A program made the position numbers and the translations under genes. Shown here one piece after another: positions 34,356 to 45,499 of a stretch of 64,000 nt of DNA; position 1 is the first letter of the stretch; the number at the start of each line of letters is the position of its first letter. The stretch covers positions 1,550,001-1,614,000 of the forward strand of contig AP026162.1 in the NCBI GenBank assembly GCA_030295235.1. Direction: 5' to 3'. Under the pieces are notes generated by a model. It saw only the letters and a list, made by a program, of their open reading frames with translations. It did not search any database and was not told the DNA's origin. The DNA is from Fistulifera solaris (Eukaryota).

Positions 34356-35987
34356 TCATGCGAGACTTCTTCTTGTCGTACGAAGGAGTCGTGTCAATTT
34401 TGTCGTTTTGGAGCTCGTTTCTTTTTTGTTGTGCTTTCGGGGCAACTGTAACATCCAATCTTCAACTTGGCAGCCACTTTGCTTCATAATATTGGCAATT
34501 GTTCTTAACTGCTCCAAGTCGGCTTCAGTAAACAACGTAATAGCCTTCCCTTTGCGGCCAGCACGACCTGTACGACCAATTCTGTGCACATAGGTTACTC
34601 CGGACTGAGGCAAATCGTAGTTCAGTACAAGCTTTACAGCACTTAGATCCACACCACGCGCTACCAAGTCAGTTCCAATCAAGACCCATGTGTCGCCTTT
34701 GCGAAACTTCGCCACTGCATTCTCTCTAGCCGCCTTGCTGCGACCCGCGTGTATTACATCAACGCGGATGCCGTCGTAGAGTAATTCTGCAAATAGCGCT
34801 TGCGCTCTCTCTTGTGACTGACAAAAGACCAGCGCCGGAAAGTCAAACTCACCGCGTTGCACAAGTTGTCGAATGGCCAGTAACTTTCCTTGTTCATTAC
34901 CAACAAACATGAGCCTTTGGTCGATATCAGCGTTAGCGGCACCGCCACCGTCAATACTAACGACCACGGGATTACGTAAAATCGATTCAGAAAGCGTTCG
35001 CACCGTGGGCGTCACTGTCGCAGAGAATAGAGCCCTTGTCGCAGTAGCAGGGATTTCTGACAAGATTGTATCTATTTGCGACAGAAACGTTCGACTCTTG
35101 TCTGACCCACTATCCGAAGCATCAAGCAGACGATCGGCCTCGTCCAGAACAACGATTCTCACAGAATCAAGCTTGAGACCTTTCTGGATGGCATCAACAA
35201 TTCGCAATGGTGTCGATATCAGGACATCCAAGCCACTTTGACCACCAACTTGACCCAACACAGCTTGTGCAGCATTCGCTTTCGCTAAAAGAAGCGAAGA
35301 TAACCCACCTGGTTTACCCAGACCCAAACGCTCTACTTGTCTATGCAGCTGTGAGGCTAATTCCAGAGACGGCGCCAGTATGAGACTCGGAATTTCCCCC
35401 TTGTTTTTCTTGGCCCCCTTCGTTTTGTAGAAAATATTATGGGGAATGCTGCTCAGTAAGAGTGATGGGAGAATAAAAGCACCTGATTTTCCGGAGCCCG
35501 TTGGAGCCCCAGCCAACAAATCTCTTCGCTGCATCAAAGCAGGAATTGACTGCATTTGGATAGGTGTCGGTTCTTTCCACTTTCCTTCCTCGATATTGCA
35601 CAAGATGACACGGATCAGTCCTGTAAAGAATGAATCGTTGCACCATTCGGGGCAAGTGATTTCACTGAAACTGGAAATTGGGTCAGGAGAATCATCGGCG
35701 TGGGCCACTTTAATTTTCATGGAGCGGCGAAAGGCTGCCACTTCCTCGCGGTGAATTTGATTGCGCTTGGCTTCGCTGACATCTCTTTTCCCAGTGCGAT
35801 CTCGCGATTTCATTGCGTTGGACTTTTCGTCCTCCTCCTCCTCATCGCTTTCATCATCGTCGTCTGTAGTCACGTGTTCTTCCGGAGGCGGTTCCGTCAG
35901 CTGAGCGACGGTTTCGCGCTTTCGTTTCTGCCGCTTTGACTTGTCTATTCGCGCAGACGATGATAAGATGTTAAAAATTTCGTCCAT
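34356..35987 (-). CDS. DDX52: DEAD-box RNA helicase ROK1/DDX52
   Basis: PTPIQMQ, APTGSGKS, DEADRLL, SAT, HRIGRTGRAG; EQGKLLAIRQL and IANIMKQSGC are DDX52-like; C-terminus probably frameshifted. Confidence 0.88.
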   Translation of the reverse strand: MDEIFNILSSSARIDKSKRQKRKRETVAQLTEPPPEEHVTTDDDDESDEEEEDEKSNAMKSRDRTGKRDVSEAKRNQIHREEVAAFRRSMKIKVAHADDSPDPISSFSEITCPEWCNDSFFTGLIRVILCNIEEGKWKEPTPIQMQSIPALMQRRDLLAGAPTGSGKSGAFILPSLLLSSIPHNIFYKTKGAKKNKGEIPSLILAPSLELASQLHRQVERLGLGKPGGLSSLLLAKANAAQAVLGQVGGQSGLDVLISTPLRIVDAIQKGLKLDSVRIVVLDEADRLLDASDSGSDKSRTFLSQIDTILSEIPATATRALFSATVTPTVRTLSESILRNPVVVSIDGGGAANADIDQRLMFVGNEQGKLLAIRQLVQRGEFDFPALVFCQSQERAQALFAELLYDGIRVDVIHAGRSKAARENAVAKFRKGDTWVLIGTDLVARGVDLSAVKLVLNYDLPQSGVTYVHRIGRTGRAGRKGKAITLFTEADLEQLRTIANIMKQSGCQVEDWMLQLPRKHNKKETSSKTTKLTRLLRTTRRSLA

Positions 35988-36847
35988 AATGACAATACCA
36001 CACTTGCTGCACCGCACTTATAGTCGTCTTTGGAGTGAGAAAGCAAGAGAATAATCAAAAGGGTTCCTTCTTCACTCTTGCACGATGTTCAAGAAGAAAT
36101 TCTTTCAATCGACAATAAATAATGATGGCACGCGATGCTTTTTTATTTTTTATTTTTATTTTTTTCTTGGTTGAGCGGTGCGGTGGAATTTTATAGGATA
36201 CGCGCGCGTGAAATGCGCGCAGTGTGCCCTCCAGAAAATTTTAGGTGCGGTATAGTCTCTAGGTCTACAGGAATTGTGTCTCTGTTCCAGAAATTCTGGA
36301 AACTGTATCTTTCTAGAGAGTAGACAGAAATTCTGTGGGGAAGGGCGAGATCGAAAAAGCTAATAGACGCCGAAGGCTGCTAGTCTAGCAAAATAATAAT
36401 TACAAACTCTTATTTATCTTGTAGGTACTAAGTCTCGCGATCTTAACCGCTAGTAACTGATTTGGACTGGCAATCCCAAAGGCAACCGAATATAAGAAAC
36501 AAATCGACTAGTCTGAGGACGCGTAATATGAATGTCTTCACTGTGATTTGATCGACATAGAAATGATTCTTATCGCTCATTCATGAATCTTGATCACTAG
36601 AGTCGTCTTTTCGACCTATAGATGTCGGAGATATTTGAGTCTGTAAGCTTAATAGTTTCGGCGAAAAGAGGGCCGGAAGAATGTTTTTCCTCGTCCTGGG
36701 CTAGGGAGCTCTCAATGTCTATCCATGTGTTGATTATTCGGCATAGCGCAACTTCTTTAGTAAACAACTCTATTCTCTAGCCCGAATCGACATCTAGCAG
36801 AGGCATCCGTTATCTAACCTCTCCGTATCACCTAAGCGCAATTCTTC

Positions 36848-38142
36848 CTATAGACCTGGTTGCAGCTTATCCGTTGTGGGGTATTTCATACCGCGACTTT
36901 CCGCAACAACTGTTTTTCGTTTCGCAAGAACAACTGGATTCTTTGAACCGCCTCCTACTGAAAATCGTCGCTCGATGTTAACCACACGTGATCTTTCTTC
37001 GCTCATCTCGTAATCCCATTTCTCGGCTTCCTGGTATTTTCTCTCGTATTCATCGTCCAACGATTCGAGCAGTTGGTAATGTTCATTAAGTATCGTGAAG
37101 ACGCGGACACGGGCGAGATGATGTCCGAGTTCAGCCGCTGTCACAAGCCATTCCAAGGCATCAGCCCGATCTCTAGTGACACCCACACCATCGAGTAGGC
37201 ACTCTCCGAGCATGTACGCTGCTCCTGCATGTCCTAAATGGGCCGCACGTCGAAAAAGGTTTACCGCAAGCTCCGTGTTTTCTGCGATTCCATCTCCCGT
37301 GTATAATGCGACAGCTAATTCATAAGTAGCCGTGATGTGCCGATGTGCGTCAACACATCGTCTCCACCACACAACTGCCTGTTTAGGATCGGATTCCAGT
37401 CCAGCGACGCCTCCTTCGCTTAAGATGAGTCCTGTCAAGAGAAGAAACTGTAAGTCGACCCGTCGAAAGAATATTTCAAAAATGAATCAAACTGATCAAA
37501 CCTACCATACAAACACATCCCATCGGGGTGTCCCTTGTTGGCTAGTTCCTTGACCAAATTAAGACCCTTCTTTTGAAACACGGGGTTACTTTCGTGATAG
37601 ATGTAAAAGCAGGCGATTCGAAACTTAAGATCTTGACACTTCTTCGTATCTCCTCCTTCCAATCGCTCACAAAATCTCAAGTCAAATTCCAGGGAAGCGA
37701 TCTGATGTGCTTTTGGAATACGGCGCGGCCAGTCTCGTTTCATCTTTCGGGGAGTTTTGCCTTCGTGTGCTTCCGGCCATCGTCTTTGATAATCTGCGAG
37801 CAAATCTCGGTGATATGCTAATACTTGATAGAAACGCTTACTCTCGGAATACCCCGAAGGGCATTCATTGCCCACAAGAGCTTCCTCACGGCAGTGCGTA
37901 ACGAGATCGTCTTTCAGTTTCAGTGATGAGAAAAAAGCACTCAGATCATTTCCTTTGAAGCTCAAACGCGGGTCATCTTCGTCCCCGCGGTTTGATAGGC
38001 AGTAATAAGCGACGTTTGCTGTAGCCAAGGCGGCAATTGAGATGGAAAGATCATTATTTGCCGAAACCCTCTGTTGTCTATGGGTGGACGAAAAACCGAT
38101 TCTCCACGTGTTGCGGTTCATAAAGACCCTGGATGAATTCAT
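36848..38142 (-). CDS. Sel1-like repeat protein
   Basis: ATYELAVALYTGDG and AAHLGHAGAAYMLGECLLDGVG Sel1 repeats; intron 37432-37505. Confidence 0.85.
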
Positions 38143-38597
38143 TGTGCGACGTTGTTCGAAGAGGATGAAGAATATTACTGAACACAAATGGCGTCTCTAC
38201 GAATGATAAGAATTTGTTGTGAAGTCGAGTTCTGCTTTTGACTTTTGACATCCGCAAGCCTTTTTTTTGTTGTTACGCGATGCGGACGCTTTTTGCCGTG
38301 TCGGGATTTGTTCCTGTCGCACCACCATCCGTTCAAATCCATGTGAATCAACACTAATAACAGTCCGCAGTTATGATGCCACGCGAACGCGCTTTGAGTC
38401 ATAAAACAATAGTCTTCCGCGCAAGACTGCTGTCCAATCTTCATCTGTCTTGACAAGCTAGGCTGCATTCAAAAGATTTGACTTCGTAACGTCGATAAAA
38501 TGGGATCATTGTCTGACGACTGTGTTCGAGTCACGAGTCAATATCCTCCTTGTTGAAACGATACTGTTTAAGTGTCATCCGACAATAAAATTTCTGG

Positions 38598-39232
38598 CGG
38601 TCCAGAAATTCTGAAAATCTGGGGAGTTGCAGAAATTCTGGACCAGTTCTATTGCATTGGTCCGGAAATTCTGGACCAGTTGTATATCATTCATACAGAA
38701 AATCTGGGCTGGTCCAGAAATTCTGGACCACTTGTATTTCATTCACACAGAAAATGTGGGGCGGTCCAGAAATTCTGGACCAGTTTTATTACATTCATAC
38801 AGAAAATCTGGGGACTTCCAGAAATTCTGTACCAGAAAATCTTGATCTGGTCCAGAAATTCTGGACCAGTTGTATTTCATTCATACAGAAAATCCTGGGG
38901 TAGGTCCAGAAATTCTGGACCAGGTGTATTTCAATCATACAGAAAATCTGGGCTAGGTCCAGAAATTCTGGACCAGTTGTATTTCATTCATACGGAAAAT
39001 CTGGGGCAGGTCCAGAAATTCTGGACCAGTTGTATATCATTCATACAGAAAATCTGGGCTGGTCCAGAAATTCTGGACCACTTGTATTTCATTCGCACAG
39101 AGAATGTGGGGCGGTCCAGAAAATCTGGACCAGTTGTATTTCATTTATACAGAAAATCTGGGCTGGTCCAAAAATTCTGGACCAATTGAGGTCCAGAATT
39201 TCTGGACCAGGAGTTCTGGGTTCTGGACCAGT
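38598..39232. repeat. Minisatellite array 2 (~52 bp unit) with palindromic GGTCCAGAAATTCTGGACC core
   Basis: About 12 units of GGTCCAGAAATTCTGGACCAGTTGTATTTCATTCATACAGAAAATCTGGGCT; same family as array 1. Confidence 0.95.
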
Positions 39233-39366
39233 TATTTGTGATGTGTTGTTGTATTTAATTTTGTTTTCTTTTGCGGGCCACGGATGATACTTTGAATTCA
39301 TTCATGTTCCATCATTGTTCACAATAAAAACGAAAGAAGTGATCTCATTGCAAACATATAGAAAGA

Positions 39367-41412
39367 ATGAGTGCTAGAGCGATCCGGGCCTTAAGAGGAG
39401 GTAGTCATGAAGCGCACTTAGCGGAGAACGCGGATGCCGACGACGACTCCTCATCCGAAGAATACGATGAAAAACCGCGTTCGAGGCCATCGGCCTTCTC
39501 CGCCATGCTGGACACCGACGATGAAGAAGACGACAGCGACACCGGTGAAGAAGACACTGGATCCGAAGATGGAAATACTGATGTGCCAAAAGGGGGAAGC
39601 GAACGCAACAACGACGCTTTAATGAACCGTAAAACAAAACAGTCTGCGACCTCGCAATCGGCACACAATACAAAAGAACGACGACAAGGAAGGACAAAAG
39701 GATGATACCGAATCGGAAGAAGAGGACTTGGACACGCTACTCAACGAATTTACCCAGCATGATATTCAGCAGAATGAAGAAACGAAGCAGCACAAATCCA
39801 GTTTCTTTTCCCAGATTTGCGGAGTACAAAAGAGATTTATCCTAGATCTCGATGTTGATGCAGCCATGCGAAATGCATTATTGAACGGTGATTTAAGTCA
39901 TACACGAGGAACGAGCAATCAGAAAAGTCGACAGGTGCTTCTTTTTGGTCCACCTCGTGATAATTGGCCTCGTCCTCTTCATTTTGTTGGCGGTGGTATC
40001 GGAATGGTCACGTACGAACAAAGTCCGCGACCAATCCCCTGGCCTTACTCGGACATTGCGACACTAGTAAGGAATGACAACAAAAAAGATCTTATCGAAT
40101 TTGTTCAGGATATGAATCACTGGTTTACATTTCAGCATGCTCAGGACTGCTCTCGAGATTTGGAAGATTATGCCGTTGTAAAGCAGACGGGCGATTTGAA
40201 CGCTTTAGTCATGTTCGCGGCGCATCATCCCTATGTGACGGATGCACTGTTGCAGTTGACGGGCGTCTTATATCAAACAAACCATAGTCAAGAAGGGTTG
40301 GCGTTACTGCGACGATGCTTGTGGGTGTACGAGAGCTCCGCAATGTTGCCGTTTAACAACCGCGTGCTGGATGGAGCGGCCCTCATGGACATGGATCAAC
40401 CAGAAAATGCGACTTTCTTTCGATCACTTTTCAAACTGATCCAAGTCAGCACTGTGGCTGCTCTGCCACGTACTGCTGCGGCCGTCTGCCGCTATATTCT
40501 GGCTCTAGACCCGCTGCGTGATCCTATGCATGTTCTTGCTGTGTTGGATGCGTTCACGATAAATTGCAAGTCCGATACCTTTGATCAATGGCTCATTGAT
40601 TTGGTCGACAACAATTGTATTTCTATTTATTTTCGTGATGAGGAAAATCCAAAGCGTGTGTTTCAATGCACACTTGGGGAAATGCCCAACTGGTTGTTGT
40701 CGTATTCGCTTGCGCAGTATAGATTACACGGAAAGGAGGGCAGCTTTGATGGTCTCCGCAAGCTTTGACCCAATTTCCGGAAATCGTTTCGTTATTACTC
40801 CAGGAACTGGAGGTAGATATTACTGGAAGATCTTTTTTACGGGATTGGCCAACCGCTTTGGAAAAAGCTACGGAGCGGAGTTTCAGTACTAGGCGTTCTT
40901 GGGGAAGACAGCAAGGTGAACTGGATCCACATGAAGTTCAAAGAACAGTTCAAACCGCGGACAAAATACTAGCGCTGTACGTTCGACTAACGGCCAAAGT
41001 TTGGGGCGGCGACGACATTTTGCAGTTTCTATACGATACTTTGGTCACCCTTCCAGAATCGGAATCCCCGGCGCTTCCTCCAGCGGCTATCATGCGATAC
41101 TCTGCCTTGAATCCTGGTGACTTCCATAATCGTGTGGAACTACTTCCACAAGATATGAATATCATGGATGGTGGTATGATTGCGCACGCCATGACTGTGG
41201 TCACGAATCGCCCACGTTTTCTGAGGCACATGCCACGAGGAGCGATGCATGGTCAGCAACGGATGGACATCGAAAACTTACCAGCTGGTTTTCCTGCTCT
41301 TTTTGGTCCGCCCACGAATGTCGTGGATCCAGACTGGCCTTTGGTGGAAGTCTTGTGGAGGAGTTTTCTTCCATGGAATCACGTCGAAGGAGTCCGGCCT
41401 CCAGCAAGGTAG
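39367..41412 (+). CDS. TCF25: TCF25/Rqc1 ribosome quality control factor
   Basis: Acidic N-terminus; HPYVTDALLQL, LRRCLWVYE, ENATFFRSLF and LALDPLRDPM motifs; frameshifts at ~39690 and ~40750. Confidence 0.82.
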
Positions 41413-41499
41413 AAATTGATAGCCTTATCAACGAATTTAACAATTCACTTTTTATAAGTACGTAGTAGTAATTAGGTAGTAACAGTGTATTCGTTCATA

Positions 41500-42954
41500 T
41501 TAGTGAGTAGCAATACTCTCCAGCATCTCGAAATAAGTTGGAAACGTTTTAGCCGTGCAACCTGGATCATTGATAATTACATTGACTCCACCACAAGCTG
41601 CGAGGCTGAAAGTCATGGCCATACGGTGATCATCGTACGTTTCGATGAGTACGTTGTCGTTAATTTTGTTTCCCGCAGGAGGATGAATTATGCAGTAGTC
41701 GTTAAATTCTTCCACTGTGGCTCCCAACTTAGTGCATTCCGCCACGATTGCCTTCATTCGTTCAGTTTCTTTCAGGCGCCACGAATACACATTGCGGATG
41801 GTCGTAGGGCCCTCGGCAAATAACGCCGCCACCGCCAAGGTCATCGCCGCATCCGGAATCTTCCCACAATCCACATCGACTCCCTTCAGCCGAACCGAAG
41901 CGTCTCGCGTGACAGTGATGCTTTCTGGAGCCCACGTGACGGTGGCCCCCATCTGTTCCATGACATTGGCAAAAGCGACATCGCCCTGGACACTATCCGA
42001 ACCGCATCCTCGTACGGTGACAGTCCCTCCCGTAATGGCCGCACCAGCAATGAAATAACTCGCCGAACTGGCATCACCTTCTACCAAAATACTTCCCGGA
42101 CTAACGTACTTCTCCGTCGAAGCGATAGTAAACGACGGGGTTCCCTCCATATCTCCATCAATTTGCACATTGACACCAAACTTTTTCATGAGACCAATCG
42201 TCAACGCCACGTAAGGCGCCGAAATCAATTCATCTTTAATCGAAATTGTGACATCACCATCGACCGCGGGAGCCGCCATGAGCAGTGACGACAGAAACTG
42301 CGACGACATTTTTCCGCTAATCGATGCCTTCCCGCCTTGTAAACCTTTGGCACGGATTGTGACGGGAGGACATCCTGTCTCTTTGACACACTCAACATCC
42401 GCACCCAATTGTTGTAATCCATCAATCAAATCAGCAATGGGTCGTTCACGCATGCGCGGGACGCCGTCTAAAACGAATTGACCTTGTCCCATACAAAGGG
42501 CGGCCGCCAAGGGTCGCATGGCCGTGCCCGCATTTCCCAGAAACAATTCACACGTCTGATCTGGTGTCGGAGAGTTGATGGGGCCCGCCTGGCCAGTCAC
42601 TGTAACGGAATCTGAACTGTGCTTTTCGACGGGCACTTGCAAGGTATCGAGAGCTTGTAGCATGTACCGAATGTCGTCTGAATCGAGTAGATTGTCGACG
42701 CGCGTCGTGCCCTCACTCAAGGCTGCAAGTAACAAGCATCGATTACTGAGAGACTTCGATCCCGGTAATGTAACAGTACCATCGAGACTTTTAATGGGTG
42801 CGACAGTGAGTGTTTCCGCGACGCCTGTCTTGGTAGCTGACAGAGGTACGAAAGATGCCGACCGGAAGGAATGAACCGCAGTGAAGGCCTGTACGGAAGG
42901 TACAAGTGCTAAACATGCGATCAAACATGTTTTTGTATGAGTTTGACTCTTCAT
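41500..42954 (-). CDS. aroA: EPSP synthase, plastid-targeted
   Basis: [37 protein letters not shown] and DDHRMAM motifs; bipartite presequence VQA-FT. Confidence 0.97.
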   Translation of the reverse strand: MKSQTHTKTCLIACLALVPSVQAFTAVHSFRSASFVPLSATKTGVAETLTVAPIKSLDGTVTLPGSKSLSNRCLLLAALSEGTTRVDNLLDSDDIRYMLQALDTLQVPVEKHSSDSVTVTGQAGPINSPTPDQTCELFLGNAGTAMRPLAAALCMGQGQFVLDGVPRMRERPIADLIDGLQQLGADVECVKETGCPPVTIRAKGLQGGKASISGKMSSQFLSSLLMAAPAVDGDVTISIKDELISAPYVALTIGLMKKFGVNVQIDGDMEGTPSFTIASTEKYVSPGSILVEGDASSASYFIAGAAITGGTVTVRGCGSDSVQGDVAFANVMEQMGATVTWAPESITVTRDASVRLKGVDVDCGKIPDAAMTLAVAALFAEGPTTIRNVYSWRLKETERMKAIVAECTKLGATVEEFNDYCIIHPPAGNKINDNVLIETYDDHRMAMTFSLAACGGVNVIINDPGCTAKTFPTYFEMLESIATH

Positions 42955-43246
42955 ATTAACAAGAAGTAGATTAAAAGTGTTTAAGAGACAAAGATAATAG
43001 GGACTATTGCTACCTCGTACGCTTGCAGATGAAAATGGACCGCTTTGCTTTTATTTTCGTGGTGCGTGTCTTTCGCTTCAAACTTTGATGAGTCTGTCTG
43101 GCCGCTTGACGTAAGGTTTTACCAGGTACAAGGTCTAGGTGAAAAATATCCGGGTTTAGCTCAGGCTTGTCGCTCACGCCTGTATGGCAGAAAAGTTTTA
43201 CCGTCGTGATGATGATCCGATGCGGAAGGCAATCACTTTTGGCAAT

Positions 43247-43833
43247 CAATTGAATGACAATGGACGAAAGCGAGAGACGCAAAACGGAAGCCTTGGTTGT
43301 TCGGTTCATGACTGCTGTACAATCCAGTCTTGGATGGCGTAAACCAACACTCCCTTCCATAGTAAAAAATCCAAGGTGTCGATTCTCGGAATTTTCAACG
43401 TAAAAACAAATGAAACTTTCAGCAATTAGTTCAGAATCGTCATTGTTGCGACTTTATTTACCCGTAATTATAATTCTATTTGCAATTGAATGACAATGGA
43501 CGAATGCGAGAGACGCAAAACGGAAGCCTTGGTTGTTCGGTTCATGACTGATGTACAATCCAGTCTTGGCTGGCGTAAACCAACACTCCCTTCCATAGTA
43601 AAAATCCAAGGTGTCGATTCTCGGAATTTTCAACGTAAAAACAAATTAAACTTTCAGCAATTAGTTCAGAATCGTCATTGTTGCGACTTTATTTACAAGT
43701 AATTATATTTATATTTTGCAGTTGAATGACAATGGACGAAAGCGAGAGACGCAAAACGGAAGCCTTTGTTTTTCGGTTCATGACTGCTGTACAATCCAGT
43801 CTTGGCTGGCGTAAAACAACACCCCGCGTCATA
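43247..43833. repeat. Tandem repeat, 236-bp unit, ~2.5 copies
   Basis: CA(A/G)TTGAATGACAATGGACGAA.. starts at 43247, 43483 and 43719; third copy partial. Confidence 0.95.
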
Positions 43834-44222
43834 GTGTAGTGAAATTTCTAAGAGTCACGAAAAAATAGATAGAATGTACTATGACCTCTTTTATTTTTTA
43901 CAAAAATTAATAAAATTTCTGGAATCTAGTCTAGACAGAATTTCTGTCTGAATCAACACACCGAAATTCCAGAATTTCTGGAAGAAATCAAAAATCTTCC
44001 TTTGCACGCAACTACAGACTATACGTAGTACGGAGTAACAACTATAAGTTCTTAAGCTGAAACCTTATCCGATGTAAGACGCGCTCGGTTTGAAAGAAAA
44101 TTATTGCGAAATGAAGATGAAAAGCGATCAAAATGAAGTAACCAAGACGATGTCTATGGTAGACTTACGCCATTTTCCAAAGACGAAGGACCCAGAGTAA
44201 GGCAACAATATATCACCAAGCT

Positions 44223-45216
44223 ATGTCACTTCCCGGCGTTCAGTTGAGTAAAATCCTTTCGACTGCATACTCGAACGAGCATCCACCCCAAGATTGGGCC
44301 GACATGACGTTCTTGGTGCCCCACGAAAGCATTCGGAGACAACTAGTTTCTGTGCAACGAAGTGTAGAAGCTTTGCCAAATACTACTGACAAGGATAATT
44401 GCTGGAAAGTGACTCTTTTGCCAAATGGTTCACGGATGTATTTCACTTTCTCGTAACCCAACGTAGGTTCTCCTCCGCCCTCCGCTACTCGTCCTCGAAA
44501 ACGTTACCTTACTAATCGGCTCATCACTTCTCTTCGCAGATCACGAGGCCATCGAACAGATCTACAAGCCCTTTTGCTAGAACAGAAAGCAGAATGGCCC
44601 GATTTCAGTCATTCCATGGTTATGATTGAAATTTTGTCGTCGATTTATGGATGTTGTGATAGCATGCAAAAGCAGAACGGTCTCGATTGCACCGAAACCA
44701 TTACGGCTCTTAAAGAACAGGTACCCGATTTTGCTAAAAACTTGTCGGGTGCGTTTGTTTGTTGCTTCGTTAACATGCCTTGTGGTTTGTGCTGACAATT
44801 GTTTTGCTTCGAACGCCCTTTCTATAGAACACATGAACAAACTGGAAACCAAATTACCACCCATCCTTCGTGTTTCGGTGACAGAAAAACAAAATGCCAC
44901 CGCCGTTTCGAAAATGATTGCGTTTCAGGGAATTCCCGGACTGATGAAGATTCTTCCCGGTATCCTGTTGGCCAACCAAGAATGGATGACACGATCGTAC
45001 TACGCTCAATCGTACTTGAAAACGCTACCACCGCCCGTTTTGAAAGCACAAGTGACTACACTAATTCCCAATTACTGTCATTGCTACATGCGCATGCGGG
45101 ATGCGCCATTGTTGGCGAGTCCACCGGTGCTGAAGGAAGTTTCGTTTGATGAAGATCCTTCCATATTAAATTCGTCCCGTGGGCGTCTCGAGCGAAAGAA
45201 GGAAGAATTGAGATAG
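44223..45216 (+). CDS. Hemerythrin/HHE-domain-like protein (multi-exon)
   Basis: FLVPHESIRRQL, HEAIEQIYKP and EHMNKLE resemble hemerythrin H/HxxxE ligand segments; GT-AG introns near 44464-44539 and 44748-44827; a frameshift near 44418. Confidence 0.55.
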
Positions 45217-45499
45217 GACTAATGGATGTTTTATTAGGTCTTTATTAACATATAGTCAGCTTCGCTTTTTTTTAATTCAAAACCCTAGAGTTTGTGATCT
45301 CAAGCAGGCACTTCGAGCTTTAATGGCGGTGTGACGATCCTTTTATTGTATGTTAGATCGAAAAGTGACGTTGCGACTTCGGCAACAACATTCTGCGTTG
45401 TTTCGAGGCAGCTAACGCGACGACGAAAACGAATGAGGGGCCATAAAACCAAAATAATAACACCAGGCGCCACTACCTAAGACTTACTTCACAAAAAGA

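Noticed and set aside
36480..36650. Possible C/D snoRNA in the DDX52-Sel1 spacer
   Set aside because: No convincing box C/D pair with a terminal stem.
38598..39232. CRISPR array (palindromic repeats at regular spacing; also 14949-15320)
   Set aside because: The intervening sequences are near-identical copies rather than unique spacers, there are no cas genes, and the context is eukaryotic.
38572..39287. ORFs with QKFWTS/PEILDQ/SRNSGP repeats (also 14842-15481)
   Set aside because: By-products of a stop-poor repeat unit cycling through all three frames.
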